DNA from: Eledone cirrhosa
Lineage: Eukaryota
Assembly (NCBI GenBank): GCA_964016885.1
Contig: OZ024743.1
Span: 274,722,001-274,786,000, forward strand
Length of the DNA: 64,000 bases
Reading direction: 5' to 3'
In this document: one piece after another, positions 43,906-54,749 of the stretch
Layout: each line of letters starts with the position of its first letter
How positions within the stretch are numbered: the stretch's first letter is position 1
Position numbers and translations under genes: made by a program
The notes under the pieces: generated by a model
Told to the model about the DNA's origin: nothing
Database searches by the model: none
The model's input: only the letters and a program-made list of their open reading frames with translations

Positions 43906-44862
43906 TTTTCTTTTTATTTGCCACCAGGGCATCAAAAAGTGGGACAAGTACAATGGGGGGAGTTTACATAAAAAGGCGTCCTCAATAAGGAGGAGGCAAT
44001 AACGAGATATAAAAGTATAAAAATAAAATAAAATATAACAAAATAAATTTTATATAAAATCCTCAATAGGGAGGAGGCGCCTTGGGTGTTCGCACACACC
44101 CCCGAAAAAAAGTGTGCAACCCTTCTCCTCAGGAGCACAGAGAGGGGGTGCTCCCTTGATCTTTCATCTTCCTCACCTATAGATTGATGTAGAGTGAAGG
44201 CCCATTCACACGGGCCATTCTCGCCACTTTCACCCATCTTTCATAAAAACGGCTGGGGTGCAGCCCCTCTCTCTCCATGCTGATCCTTCTTCCGAAATGA
44301 TATTAGAAACGGACCAGTTGTTGGCCAGAGAGAAATGTGTCTGACCTCAGTCCTTGCAGACGCGCCACCATACAACCTCTTTCGCCATGGTTATTACGCA
44401 CAGATACACCGCCTCTCATTCGTTTTTGAAGAGGGGAGGCGGCTTGATCGTTACAATAGACTCGGTGGTCAACCGGATCGGTCCCACCCTTGACAGCAGT
44501 TGTTCGACATAGCCCCACAGATCGGCAATGCCCGAGCAGTGTACCAATGCGTGTGCAACGGTTTCCTCGTCGCACACGCATCTGGGACAGATCTTTTTCG
44601 AGGGGTCCCTACCCGGGCGCCCGTGTCTGTAGAGCCTTTCTCGAACGGGTAGAGACCTCTGGAAGTTATCCATGGGTCCCGGGCTGAATGTCCTACCGAA
44701 CAGGTTGGCCAGTTCGTCTTCCTCCATGCCTAGGGCTTCTCCGAGGACGTCGTCGCACCTGCTAACCACCAGCCCTCTATAGAATAACGAGGTGGATTCT
44801 CCACTGACAGTCGGGTCCGCCTGCCAGAGAGCCGTGAGCGCCTGGGCTCACTCGGTGTGCCA
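43906..44862 (-). mobile_element. Tx1-clade LINE, 5'-truncated
   Basis: Near-identical to 42276-43260 with small deletions; GATA flanks. Confidence 0.9.
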
Positions 44863-44863
44863 G

Positions 44864-44894
<31 letters not shown>

Positions 44895-45041
44895 GAGATA
44901 GATAGAGAGAGAGGGAGAGAGAGGGAGAGAGAGGGAGAGAGAGAGATAGAGAGGTAGTTAGAGAGGTAGATAGATGCGAACGTCAGACATATGGATACGA
45001 GACAAGCAGACAGACAGAAAGACAGACAGACAGACAGACAG

Positions 45042-45105
<64 letters not shown>

Positions 45106-45106
45106 A

Positions 45107-45223
45107 TTTCTATTTATTTGCCACGAGGGCACAAAAGAAGGGGACATTTACACAGTGGGGTAGTTTACATAAATCGAGTAAAGAAAAAAGGAATAACAAT
45201 AATAATATAACAATAAAAAGTCA
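45107..45223 (-). mobile_element. Tx1-clade LINE extreme 3' end (third UTR variant)
   Basis: TTTCTATTTATTTGCCACGAGGGCACAAAAGAAGGGGACA resembles the other 3' ends; lies between two (GATA)n tracts. Confidence 0.75.
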
Positions 45224-45239
45224 TAGATAGATAGATATA

Positions 45240-47316
45240 TTTCTTTTATTTGCCACTAGGGCATCAAAAGTGGGACAAGTACAAAGGGGGGAGTTTACAC
45301 AAAAAGGCGTCCTCAATAAGGAGGAGGCAATAACAAAATATAAAAATAAAATAAGATATAACAAAAAATAAAATTTTTAACAAAATCCTCAATAGAGAGG
45401 AGGCGCCTTGGGGGGTCGCACACACCCCCGAAAAAAGTGTGCAACCCTTCTCCTCAGGAGCACAGAGAAGGGGTGCTCCCTTGGTCTTTCATCTTCCTCA
45501 CCTATAGTCTGATGTAGAGTGAAGGCCCATTCACACGGGCCATTCTCGCCACTTTCACCCATCTTTCATAGAAACGGCTGGGGTGCAGCACCTCTCTCTC
45601 CATCCTGATCCTTCTTCCGAAATGATATCGGAAGAAACGGACCAGTTGTTGGCCAGAGAGAAAGGTGCCTGACCTCAGTCCTTTCAGACGCGTCCACCAT
45701 ACAACCTCTTTCGCCATGGCTATTACGCACAGAAACACCGCCTCTGCTTCATCTTTGAAGGGGGGAGGCGGCTTGATCATTACAGTAGACTCGGTGGTCA
45801 ACCGGATCGGTCCCACCCTTGACAGCAGTTGTTCGACATAGCCCCACAGATCGGCTACGCCCGAGCAGTGTACCAATGCGTGTGCAACGGTTTCCTCGTC
45901 GCACACGCATCTGGGACAGATCTTTTTGGCGGGGTCCCTACCCGGGCGCCCGTGTCTGTAGAGCCTTTCTCGAACGGGTAAAGCCCCTCGGTAGCACTGC
46001 CAGGCCAGGGACTTCTGGAAGTTGTCCATAGGTCCCGGGCTGAATGTCCTACCGAACAGGCTGGCCAGTTCGTCCTCCTCCATGTCTAGGGCTTCTCCGA
46101 GGGCGTCGTCGCACCTGCTGCGTACCAGCCCTCTATAGAATGTTGCGGTGGAGTCTCCACTGATAACCGGATCCGCCTGCCAGAGGGCGGTGAGCGCCTG
46201 GGCACACTCAGTGTGCCAGGCGCCCAGTTTTCTCGGTCTTTGCTTGACCCAGGATTGCAGCTCGGTGAGTGAGACGAGTCTGGGAAAGGTTCGTCTCACA
46301 AACGAGGCCCACACCGGTTGTCCGGTGAGGAATACGTAGAGGTGCCGTAGCCTTAATGCGTGTTTACGCATCATTAGCCACAGCATCCCCAGCCCTCCTT
46401 TCGAAGGGTGTTGACAGCAGATGGATCTCCTCACCATAGGAGCCCGCCTCTTCCAAAGGAATTGGAAGAGCGCGCGCTCCATCTTGGTGAGGGTTTCCCT
46501 TGGGCAGGGCACTACGGTCAGGCGGTAGTAGATGACGGACGCTATGTAGGTGTTCGCCACCTCCGCCCGACCTTTCAGGGATAGTTTGCAACTGGCCCAC
46601 TTCTGGGTCAGTGCAAACACCCTGTTCGTAACCTCCGCCCAGTTTTTCTCCACCTGGAGGTCCGGTCCGAACCAGACCCCGAGCAACTTCACCGGGCCCT
46701 CCGTCCAGCGTCCGACGACGCCATCGGAGGGCATCGGTCTGCCCCTCCACGTGCCGAGTTGCAAACCGATCGACTTGTCCCGGTTCAGCTTAGCCCCTGT
46801 GAACTTTTCGTACTCCTCCAGTAAGGTGCCGACCGCCTCGATTTCGGAGGCCGTCGACACCATTACTGTCACGTAATCGGCGTAGGCCGACACCGCTTTC
46901 CGCAATCCCGGTTCCAAAGGGATGCCCTGCAACAACTCCAACTTCCGCAGTAGTGGCTCGAGAGTCAACACATACAGAAGGGAGGAGAGAGGGCACCCTT
47001 GTCGGATGGACCGCGCGATTTTGAACGGCTCCGAGAGGTAGCCGTTCACCTTGACCCTAGAGCAGATGCGGCTGCTGTGCATAGCAGTGATCCAGCCCCT
47101 GAAAACGGGTCCGAAGCCTGCCGCCGCTAGCACCGCATCCAGGTAACCATGGTCGACCCTATCGAACGCCTTAGATTGATCCAAGTTGATCAGAGCCCCA
47201 CCAAAGCCGGGTTCGTTCCCAACCCTCTCTATGATGTATCGCATGAGGTGGAGGTTGTCATGGATGGACCTGGACGGGATAGCGCATGTCTGCGCATCTC
47301 CCACCAGGTTGCCCAA
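45240..47316 (-). mobile_element. Tx1/L1-clade non-LTR retrotransposon, 5'-truncated (RT, C-terminal zinc knuckle, 3' UTR)
   Basis: ORF2 motifs LDQSKAFDRVDH, SIRQGCPLSSLLY, KLLGVWFG, GGLG, CPRC..H..HC; 3' UTR ends AAATAAAAGAAA; (GATA)n at both junctions. Confidence 0.93.
45502..47316 (-). pseudogene. 604-codon open fragment of LINE ORF2 (reverse transcriptase); catalytic YADD reads YADY
   Basis: Uninterrupted ORF in track; starts directly at a (GATA)n junction with no endonuclease domain; AYADYVTV here versus GCC GAC GAC (ADD) in the 28 kb copy. Confidence 0.88.
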
Positions 47317-47374
47317 GATAGATAGATAGATAGATAGATAGATCGGTATGTAGATAGAGAGAGAGGGGGAAGAG

Positions 47375-47426
<52 letters not shown>

Positions 47427-47647
47427 GTCGATTGATTGATTTGTATGTGAGAATCCAACATAGATTGATTTAAAAAAAGCGGGAAACCAGCATATGTGGA
47501 GAAAGAGTGAAGAATAGTGAACAGCGTGATAACAGAGAGGGGGGTAAATAATAGATTAATAAATAGAGAGCGACACAGAGAAACAGATATAGTGTTGTAG
47601 GAGGGGGGGAGACACCGGCTGATGAATATATATATATATATATATAT

Positions 47648-47841
47648 AGGAAAATGTTCAAGACCCCGACGGCAGAGCTCACGCCGTTTCGAGGGCTATT
47701 TCTGGACTGAAATAGCCGTCGAAACGGCGTGAGCTCTGTCTTCGGGGTCTTGAACATTTTCCTATAACCCACTCTACTACCCTAAGTATTGAGTACTCTG
47801 GTGCGTTATGGTCCATCTGTTTCCTTACCACAATTCCTTCG

Positions 47842-47843
<2 letters not shown>
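47648..47843 (+). mobile_element. Hairpin-ended element, copy 3
   Basis: Same family; (TA)n on both sides. Confidence 0.8.
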
Positions 47844-47887
<44 letters not shown>

Positions 47888-48172
47888 GTGGGGATGATGA
47901 ATAGATAGAGATATAAAAGAAACAACGATAAATATAGTGAAGATACAGACTATATTTAAAAATGGTTGAATGTAAGAGAGAGAGAGAAAACAAATACAAC
48001 AAGGGATAGAGAGAGAGGTAGAGATAGAAAGAGAGAGGGGGAGAGAGACGGTGGCGTGGGTAATAGAAGAAAGAGAAAAAGACTGACGAAAGAGGGAGAC
48101 TGGCGAGATCATGGGTCATAGGTAAACGGGAGGTGGGAAAGAAAATACAATACATATTAACTAGTATAACAG

Positions 48173-48224
48173 GGCTTTCCTAATGATTTCTTTCGAATGA
48201 AACAGTTCTAGTCCTGTAGAAGCC
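48173..48224 (+). ncRNA. Hammerhead motif with core mutation (CUAAUGA)
   Basis: GGCTTTC-CTAATGA-TTTCTTTCGAAT-GAAA-CAG-TTCTAGTC-CTG-TA/GAAGCC; homologue at 14655-14699 has the intact CTGATGA. Confidence 0.65.
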
Positions 48225-48258
48225 ATTTGTATATTAAATTTGATACATATATATATAC

Positions 48259-48317
<59 letters not shown>

Positions 48318-48357
48318 CGATATTGGAAAATCCCAATGTTACCATATATATATATAT

Positions 48358-48530
48358 AACAAAGAGGGTATCGTAAGATACCAGGTGGACCATAACACAC
48401 GAGAGTACTCAATACTTAGGGTAGTAGAGTGGGCAATATGAAAAGAGTCAGGGCCTCGATGTCTGAGCTCCGGCCGTTTCGACAGTGGATCTAGCTGGAG
48501 CTCAGCCGTCGGGGTCCTGACTCTTTTCAT
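48358..48530 (-). mobile_element. Hairpin-ended element, diverged copy 4
   Basis: Shares GAGTACTCAATACTTAGGGTAGTAGAGTGGG and the hairpin; (TA)n flanks. Confidence 0.7.
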
Positions 48531-48543
48531 AAATATATATATA

Positions 48544-48723
48544 CGTTGTTTTGGTATTGTATGGCTGGGTTTACCTACCGCAATTTTCAATTTGTCAAGC
48601 TGTCTAAACGTATGTTGTTACTCTAAGGACCTACCCTTATTGAGTACTTTGCTACTCATTCCTAATTGTAGGTCGCATTGCTTGGCCGCAGACAAAGTTT
48701 CGATTTTACTAAGCTTCCACCTG
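48544..48723 (-). mobile_element. Second copy of the 1.3 kb (TA)n-embedded element
   Basis: Shares GCTTGACAAATTGAA.ATTGCGGTAGGTAAACCCAGCCATACAATACCAA. Confidence 0.7.
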
Positions 48724-48750
48724 TATATATATATATATATATTTATATAC

Positions 48751-48784
<34 letters not shown>

Positions 48785-48800
48785 ATATATATTTATATAC

Positions 48801-48832
<32 letters not shown>

Positions 48833-48842
48833 ATTTATATAC

Positions 48843-48874
<32 letters not shown>

Positions 48875-48895
48875 ATTTATATTAGAGAGATGAGG

Positions 48896-48970
<75 letters not shown>

Positions 48971-49040
48971 GAGAGAGAGAGTTAGAATATATAGGTATCT
49001 TGTGAGAGGGCGGACTGTAAGTGAGAGATAAAATCAATGT

Positions 49041-49777
49041 AAGACACCGGCAGGTAGATAGAGTAAGAGAAAGAGTGACCAAAGACACCGGCAGGTAAAT
49101 AGAGTAAGAGAAAGAGTGACCAAAGACACCGGCAGGTAGATAGAGTAAGAGAAAGAGTGACTAAAGACACCGGCAGGTAGATAGAGTAAGAGAAAGAGTG
49201 ACTAAAGACACCGGCAGGTAGATAGAGTAAGAGAAAGAGTGACTAAAGACACCGGCAGGTAGATAGAGTAAGAGAAAGAGTGACTAAAGACACCGGCAGG
49301 TAGATAGAGTAAGAGAAAGAGTGACCAAAGACACCGGCAGGTAGATAGAGTAAGAGAAAGAGTGACCAAAGACACCGGCAGGTAGATAGAGTAAGAGAAA
49401 GAGTGACCAAAGACACCGGCAGGTAGATAGAGTAAGCGAAAGAGTGACTAAAGACACCGGCAGGTAGATAGAGTAAGAGAAAGAGTGACCAAAGACACCG
49501 GCAGGTAGATAGAGTAAGAGAAAGAGTGACCAAAGACACCGGCAGGTAGATAGAGTAAGAGAAAGAGTGACCAAAGACACCGGCAGGTAGATAGAGTAAG
49601 AGAAAGAGTGACCAAAGACACCGGCAGGTAGATAGAGTAAGAGAAAGAGTGACTAAAGACACCGGCAGGTAGATAGAGTAAGAGAAAGAGTGACCAAAGA
49701 CACCGGCAGGTAGATAGAGTAAGAGAAAGAGTGACCAAAGACACCGGCAGGTAGATAGAGTAAGAGAAAGAGTGACC
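49041..49777 (+). repeat. 41-bp minisatellite, approx. 18 copies
   Basis: Unit AAAGACACCGGCAGGTAGATAGAGTAAGAGAAAGAGTGAC[C/T]. Confidence 0.95.
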
Positions 49778-49796
49778 ATCGAAACATCGACATAAT

Positions 49797-49983
49797 AATT
49801 GTTTCTACTATTGGCACAAGGCCAGCAATGACCCAGTACATTACTGGTACTTTATTTTATCGACCCCCGTAAGGATGAAAGGCAAAGTTAACCTCGGCGG
49901 GATTTGAACTCAGAATGGCAAGGGTCGTAACTCTATGCTGGAAAGCATGGCGTCCGACCCTCTACCGATTCTGCCAATCCACC
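49797..49983 (-). mobile_element. SINE family A
   Basis: Full-length reverse complement; CATAATAAT on both flanks. Confidence 0.88.
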
Positions 49984-50391
49984 ATAATAATGAATTGAAA
50001 GAGAAACTAAGAAAGGATAGTGGGAACGAATGGAAGCTTTAATAAAAGTGTTGTTTATCTGTGGCTGTGTCAAAGTCTGCATCTATGTGTATGTACGTGT
50101 GTGTCTATGTGTATGTATGTGTTTGTGTATGTATGTGTGTATGTACGTGTGTGTCTATGTGTATGTGCGTGTGTGTGTGTGTGCGTGTGTGTGTATGTAT
50201 GTGTGTATGTAGGTGTGTGTCTATGTGTATGTGTGTGTTTGTGTGTGCGTGTGTGTATGTGTGCGATGGTGTGCTTACGTGTACGTGAAGGTGTGTATGT
50301 ATTTGTTTGTATGTGAGTGTGTTTATGTCTGTGTGTGATATTGTGTATGTATGGAAGTATATATCTGCCTATGTGAAAGTGTACAAATATA

Positions 50392-50433
<42 letters not shown>

Positions 50434-50510
50434 TGTGTGAAGATGTGTTTCTATATCTCAAAACGTGAGTAGTTATTTGCTTGTGTGTGTGTGTGTGTGT
50501 GTACAGATGC

Positions 50511-50614
50511 CCAAATCTGTATATGTGTACGTACATATGTATATGCATACATATACAGGGAGAGTGTATGTGAGTGTGTGCTTGTGATTGTATGCATGTA
50601 TGAATGTATGTGTC

Positions 50615-50660
<46 letters not shown>

Positions 50661-50833
50661 AACATATATTGTATGCATGTATGAATGCATGTGTTTGTGT
50701 GTATATATATATATATATATATATACACACAGACACATACATTCATACATGCATACAATCACAAGCACACACTCACATACACTCTCCATTTATATGTATG
50801 CATATACATATGTACGTACACATATACAGATTT
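50511..50833. repeat. Inverted repeat, approx. 115-bp arms around (TA)n
   Basis: AAATCTGTATATGTGTACG..TGTCTGTGTGTA versus TACACACAGACA..CGTACACATATACAGATTT. Confidence 0.85.
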
Positions 50834-51015
50834 ATATATATATACACACACACAGACATATATATATGCTAATAAAGTCTATAAAGTTTATTGACTTCTT
50901 GCTATATATATATAAAGAGGAAATATATATATAGAGAGAGAGAGAGAGGAAATATATATATATATAGAGGAAATAGTGTATATATGTTATCAAATGATTC
51001 TATGGACATAATTTA

Positions 51016-51110
<95 letters not shown>

Positions 51111-51143
51111 CAAGAAGTTAATAAACTTTATAAACTTTATTAG

Positions 51144-51231
51144 CATATGATAATTGTTCCAATATCGATCAGCACAGGGTTCGATCATAATGACCGGGGT
51201 CCAGCTCTGCATCTACATCTCATCAGATATG
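51144..51231 (-). ncRNA. Degenerate hammerhead motif
   Basis: CATAT-CTGATGA-GATGT..ATATT-GGAA-CAATTA-TC/ATATG; GAAA is mutated to GGAA. Confidence 0.5.
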
Positions 51232-51393
51232 TGAGTTCGTAGGCTCACTGCACGTTAAGCCGCTCTAGTCCTGGAGTATACAGACATATAAACACCACAA
51301 CAGACGGACACTCGTAACAGCATTGAGTGCTTTAATCGGTGAACTGTTAGTAACGATGGACGCCCAACATACACGCACACACAAACACCCGTG

Positions 51394-51430
<37 letters not shown>

Positions 51431-51459
51431 AAAACACACACATATATAATATAAGAGAG

Positions 51460-51700
51460 GTGAAGGCGTACAGTTTAGTGATTAGGGTGTTCGGCTAGCA
51501 ATCACGAGTTCGACTTCCAGCAATGCCCTGTCCCTGTGTCCTTGAGCAAGACACTTTATTTCAAGTTACTTCAGTTCACTCAGCTGGCAAAAAATAATTC
51601 AAGGGGCCAGCCTTGTCACACACTGTGTCAAGCTGAATCTCCCTGGGAATTCAATTTAGGGTGCACGTGTTTGAGGAAAGCTCAGCCACATTCACATACA
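51460..51700 (+). mobile_element. SINE family B
   Basis: GAGTTCGACTTCC B box, TGTCCTTGAGCAAGACACTTTATTTCA. Confidence 0.72.
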
Positions 51701-52358
51701 AACAGTGGTGTAAATATAACACAACATACATGTATATATGCGTAGATGGAACAAAATATTCACATCATAGATAAATACTCATACAGACACACAACACACA
51801 CACTATTCCGTTGTTCAAACAACTGGAACACTCTTCATCGGAATCCACATAACAGCGGTATACGAGGGTCAGCTGAAAAGTTCATAAGTTGACTATGAAT
51901 GAGTGATCCTAGGGCTGTGAAATCTTGTATGCATTGCTTTCAACTCTTCTTATTAATAACTCTATTGTTTCTTTCTAGAGACTATGTTGAAAAATAAACC
52001 TCATTTGGTCATTCCATGAGAGTATCTTTGTCATTCCAGGAAAGTATCTTGGTCATTCCATTAGAGTATCTTGGCTAGCCCGGGGGCGGTGGAACTGAGG
52101 GTCGGGGGAGCTATGCCCCCCCCCCCCTTCCTCATACACACAGCGACAATAATTATATTTTTCTCCCAAACTACCAAAACACACATCTATTTGTATATAC
52201 ACTACAATTTATGCACATGTTATGTTCATCGCATATCGAATTTATTTATATATATATATAAATATATATATATATAAATATATATATATATAATTTAATA
52301 CATTAACAGAGAAAGCTTTAAGCAATACTCCGACCGACTTCCGTCTCACTCAACAAAC

Positions 52359-52420
<62 letters not shown>

Positions 52421-52431
52421 TATATATATAT

Positions 52432-52506
<75 letters not shown>

Positions 52507-52513
52507 TATATAT

Positions 52514-52590
<77 letters not shown>

Positions 52591-52646
52591 TAAAAAATAA
52601 TGAATAAAACAATGAAACAGTTCCTTATATTAAACAAAAAAAGTTC

Positions 52647-52794
52647 ATTATTTAACGATCGTTTCTAGGATATATATGTGTTAGGATTGGCATGCATATT
52701 CAACAGATCTATGTACAAAATTATACAAAATTATACAAACTATCAAAATTAAATATACATACCAACACATATATATGCCGTCTTCAGAAATAAT
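52647..52794 (-). ncRNA. Mirror-image hammerhead motif (left arm of palindrome)
   Basis: Reverse complement of 52798-52945. Confidence 0.78.
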
Positions 52795-52797
52795 GAA

Positions 52798-52945
52798 ATT
52801 ATTTCTGAAGACGGCATATATATGTGTTGGTATGTATATTTAATTTTGATAGTTTGTATAATTTTGTATAATTTTGTACATAGATCTGTTGAATATGCAT
52901 GCCAATCCTAACACATATATATCCTAGAAACGATCGTTAAATAAT
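52798..52945 (+). ncRNA. Type I hammerhead motif with very long stem II (right arm of palindrome)
   Basis: ATTATTT-CTGAAGA-(115 nt incl. ATATATATGTGTTGG/CTAACACATATATAT)-GAAA-CGATCG-TT/AAATAAT. Confidence 0.78.
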
Positions 52946-54749
52946 GAACTTTTTTTGTTTAATATAAGGAACTGTTTCATTGTTTTATTCATTATTTTTT
53001 TAATATTTTATCTTGACTCTGTATTCCGTTTATCTTTCACCGAAAGTGATTTTTCATTGCATCTCTTCTTTCCATGATATCCGGATTACATTGAGTTCTT
53101 CATACGGATTGGACACTACCGTAAACTCTTGGTAGATTTATCTACATATATATATATATATATATATATTGGTTGATATTTGATATTAACAACTAAACTA
53201 ATCACTACAACTAAATTGATCAGATTTGCACCCACCCACCCCATTCAGAAATGCTTCCACCGCCCCTGCAGCCTATGAACTTTTCTGGCGACCCTCATAT
53301 ATATATAAGTACAGTGACATGACTTACACATGTGTTGCGTGCATATAAACATATTAACTGTACTTGTTGTTGAGGGGCAGGGGCTGTTGTTATAAATTAA
53401 CTGTTGGTAATATATTGTATGTCATTCATGCAAACTGTTGAAATGATCTATGTACATACACATCATATTACAGTGTTGTATACATGCGACTGCATATATA
53501 CGTATATATATGTATGTGTGTGTTTGTGTGTGTTTGTGTGTGTGCGTAAGTGTGTGCGTAAGTGTGTGCGTAAGTATTAGTTTGTGTGTGTGTGTTGTAT
53601 ATGGCTCTATACTTTCTCTAATACAGATAGATAGATAGATAGATAGATAAAATTGGTGGCAAACAAACGTAGAGTACACGCGTATGAATATGTGTGTGTA
53701 TGTGTGTTCGAGTGTATAGACATATACACATACATACATAGACACACACATACATATAGACACACATACACATACATACATACTTACACACATATATACA
53801 CACACGTACATACATACATACATGCATGCATGTATATATATCGGAGGTTTTACGATACATCCACGATATTTAACAGTTGTAAAGGGGCCTATATAAAACA
53901 AATGAGCGCAACAGGCTTAATCACATAATATACTTTCTTATAACTTGTTACCGACTGTTTAGGGACCTCGGCCGGTTTCGACGGCGAGTGTTCAAGTTGT
54001 TCGAACAACAAACATACTTCTAGTGAAATTAATGTACAAGTGACACGTGCACCTTACTGGAAGATACGGCGTGACAGAGTGTGTGAAGAGGCTAGCCCTT
54101 TGTATTACGGGTACAACTTTTTTTTTGTCATCTGTGTTGACTGGGGCATCGTGAAATAAAGTGTTTTGTTCGAGAATCGAACTCACGACCTTACGATCAT
54201 GAGCCAAATACCTCCTACTACAAAGCCATGTGCCTTTACAGTTATTACGATATTGATATAAACATACATTGCATTTATGTATATGTGTAAGTGTCTGTGT
54301 CTCTTTGTGTAGGTGAGAAGAGTTTTCTTTCTAACCCATAACGCCTGTGGGCGCCGTAAGGGTGCCATAATGACATACGGCGCTTCTCGGGCATTTTTTA
54401 TATCTGCTAAAGCCCATCTCCTCTCCAGGTTTGAACATAGAGAAAGAGAGACAGTGTGAGAGAAAAAAAAGGAGAGGGAGAGAGTGGGGAGAGTTATAGA
54501 GAAAGCATCGATCCCAGTACTGGACAGGTACTTTTTTTATCGATCACGAAATGATGAAACGCAAAGTTGATCTCAGCAGAATTTGAACCCAGAGCTCAGA
54601 GAGCCGGGGCTAATACCACAAAGCATTCTGTCCGACCTTCTGACTCTGGCAAAAAATTAGACATTCTAATTTTTTTTTTTTTTAAATATATATTTTGTAT
54701 TTTGAATCGAAAGGAAACCAGCTCCTATACTTATTTTACTTTTACCTTA

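Larger units (their letters stand above)
52582..53011. repeat. Near-perfect 430-bp palindrome (213/214-bp arms, GAA loop)
   Basis: Arms are reverse complementary apart from one poly-A/T length difference; loop 52795-52797. Confidence 0.95.
52081..53268. mobile_element. Non-autonomous TIR element (CAGGGGCGGTGGA termini) carrying nested (TA)n and the 430-bp palindrome
   Basis: CGGGGGCGGTGGAAC / CTTCCACCGCCCCTG; flanks TAGCC / CAGCC. Confidence 0.72.
51860..53299. mobile_element. Mariner-type MITE split by a nested TIR element
   Basis: TACGAGGGTCAGCTGAAAAGTTCATA ... TATGAACTTTTCTGGCGACCCTCATA. Confidence 0.75.

Noticed and set aside
49041-49777. CRISPR-like array
   Set aside because: Contiguous tandem units with no unique spacers
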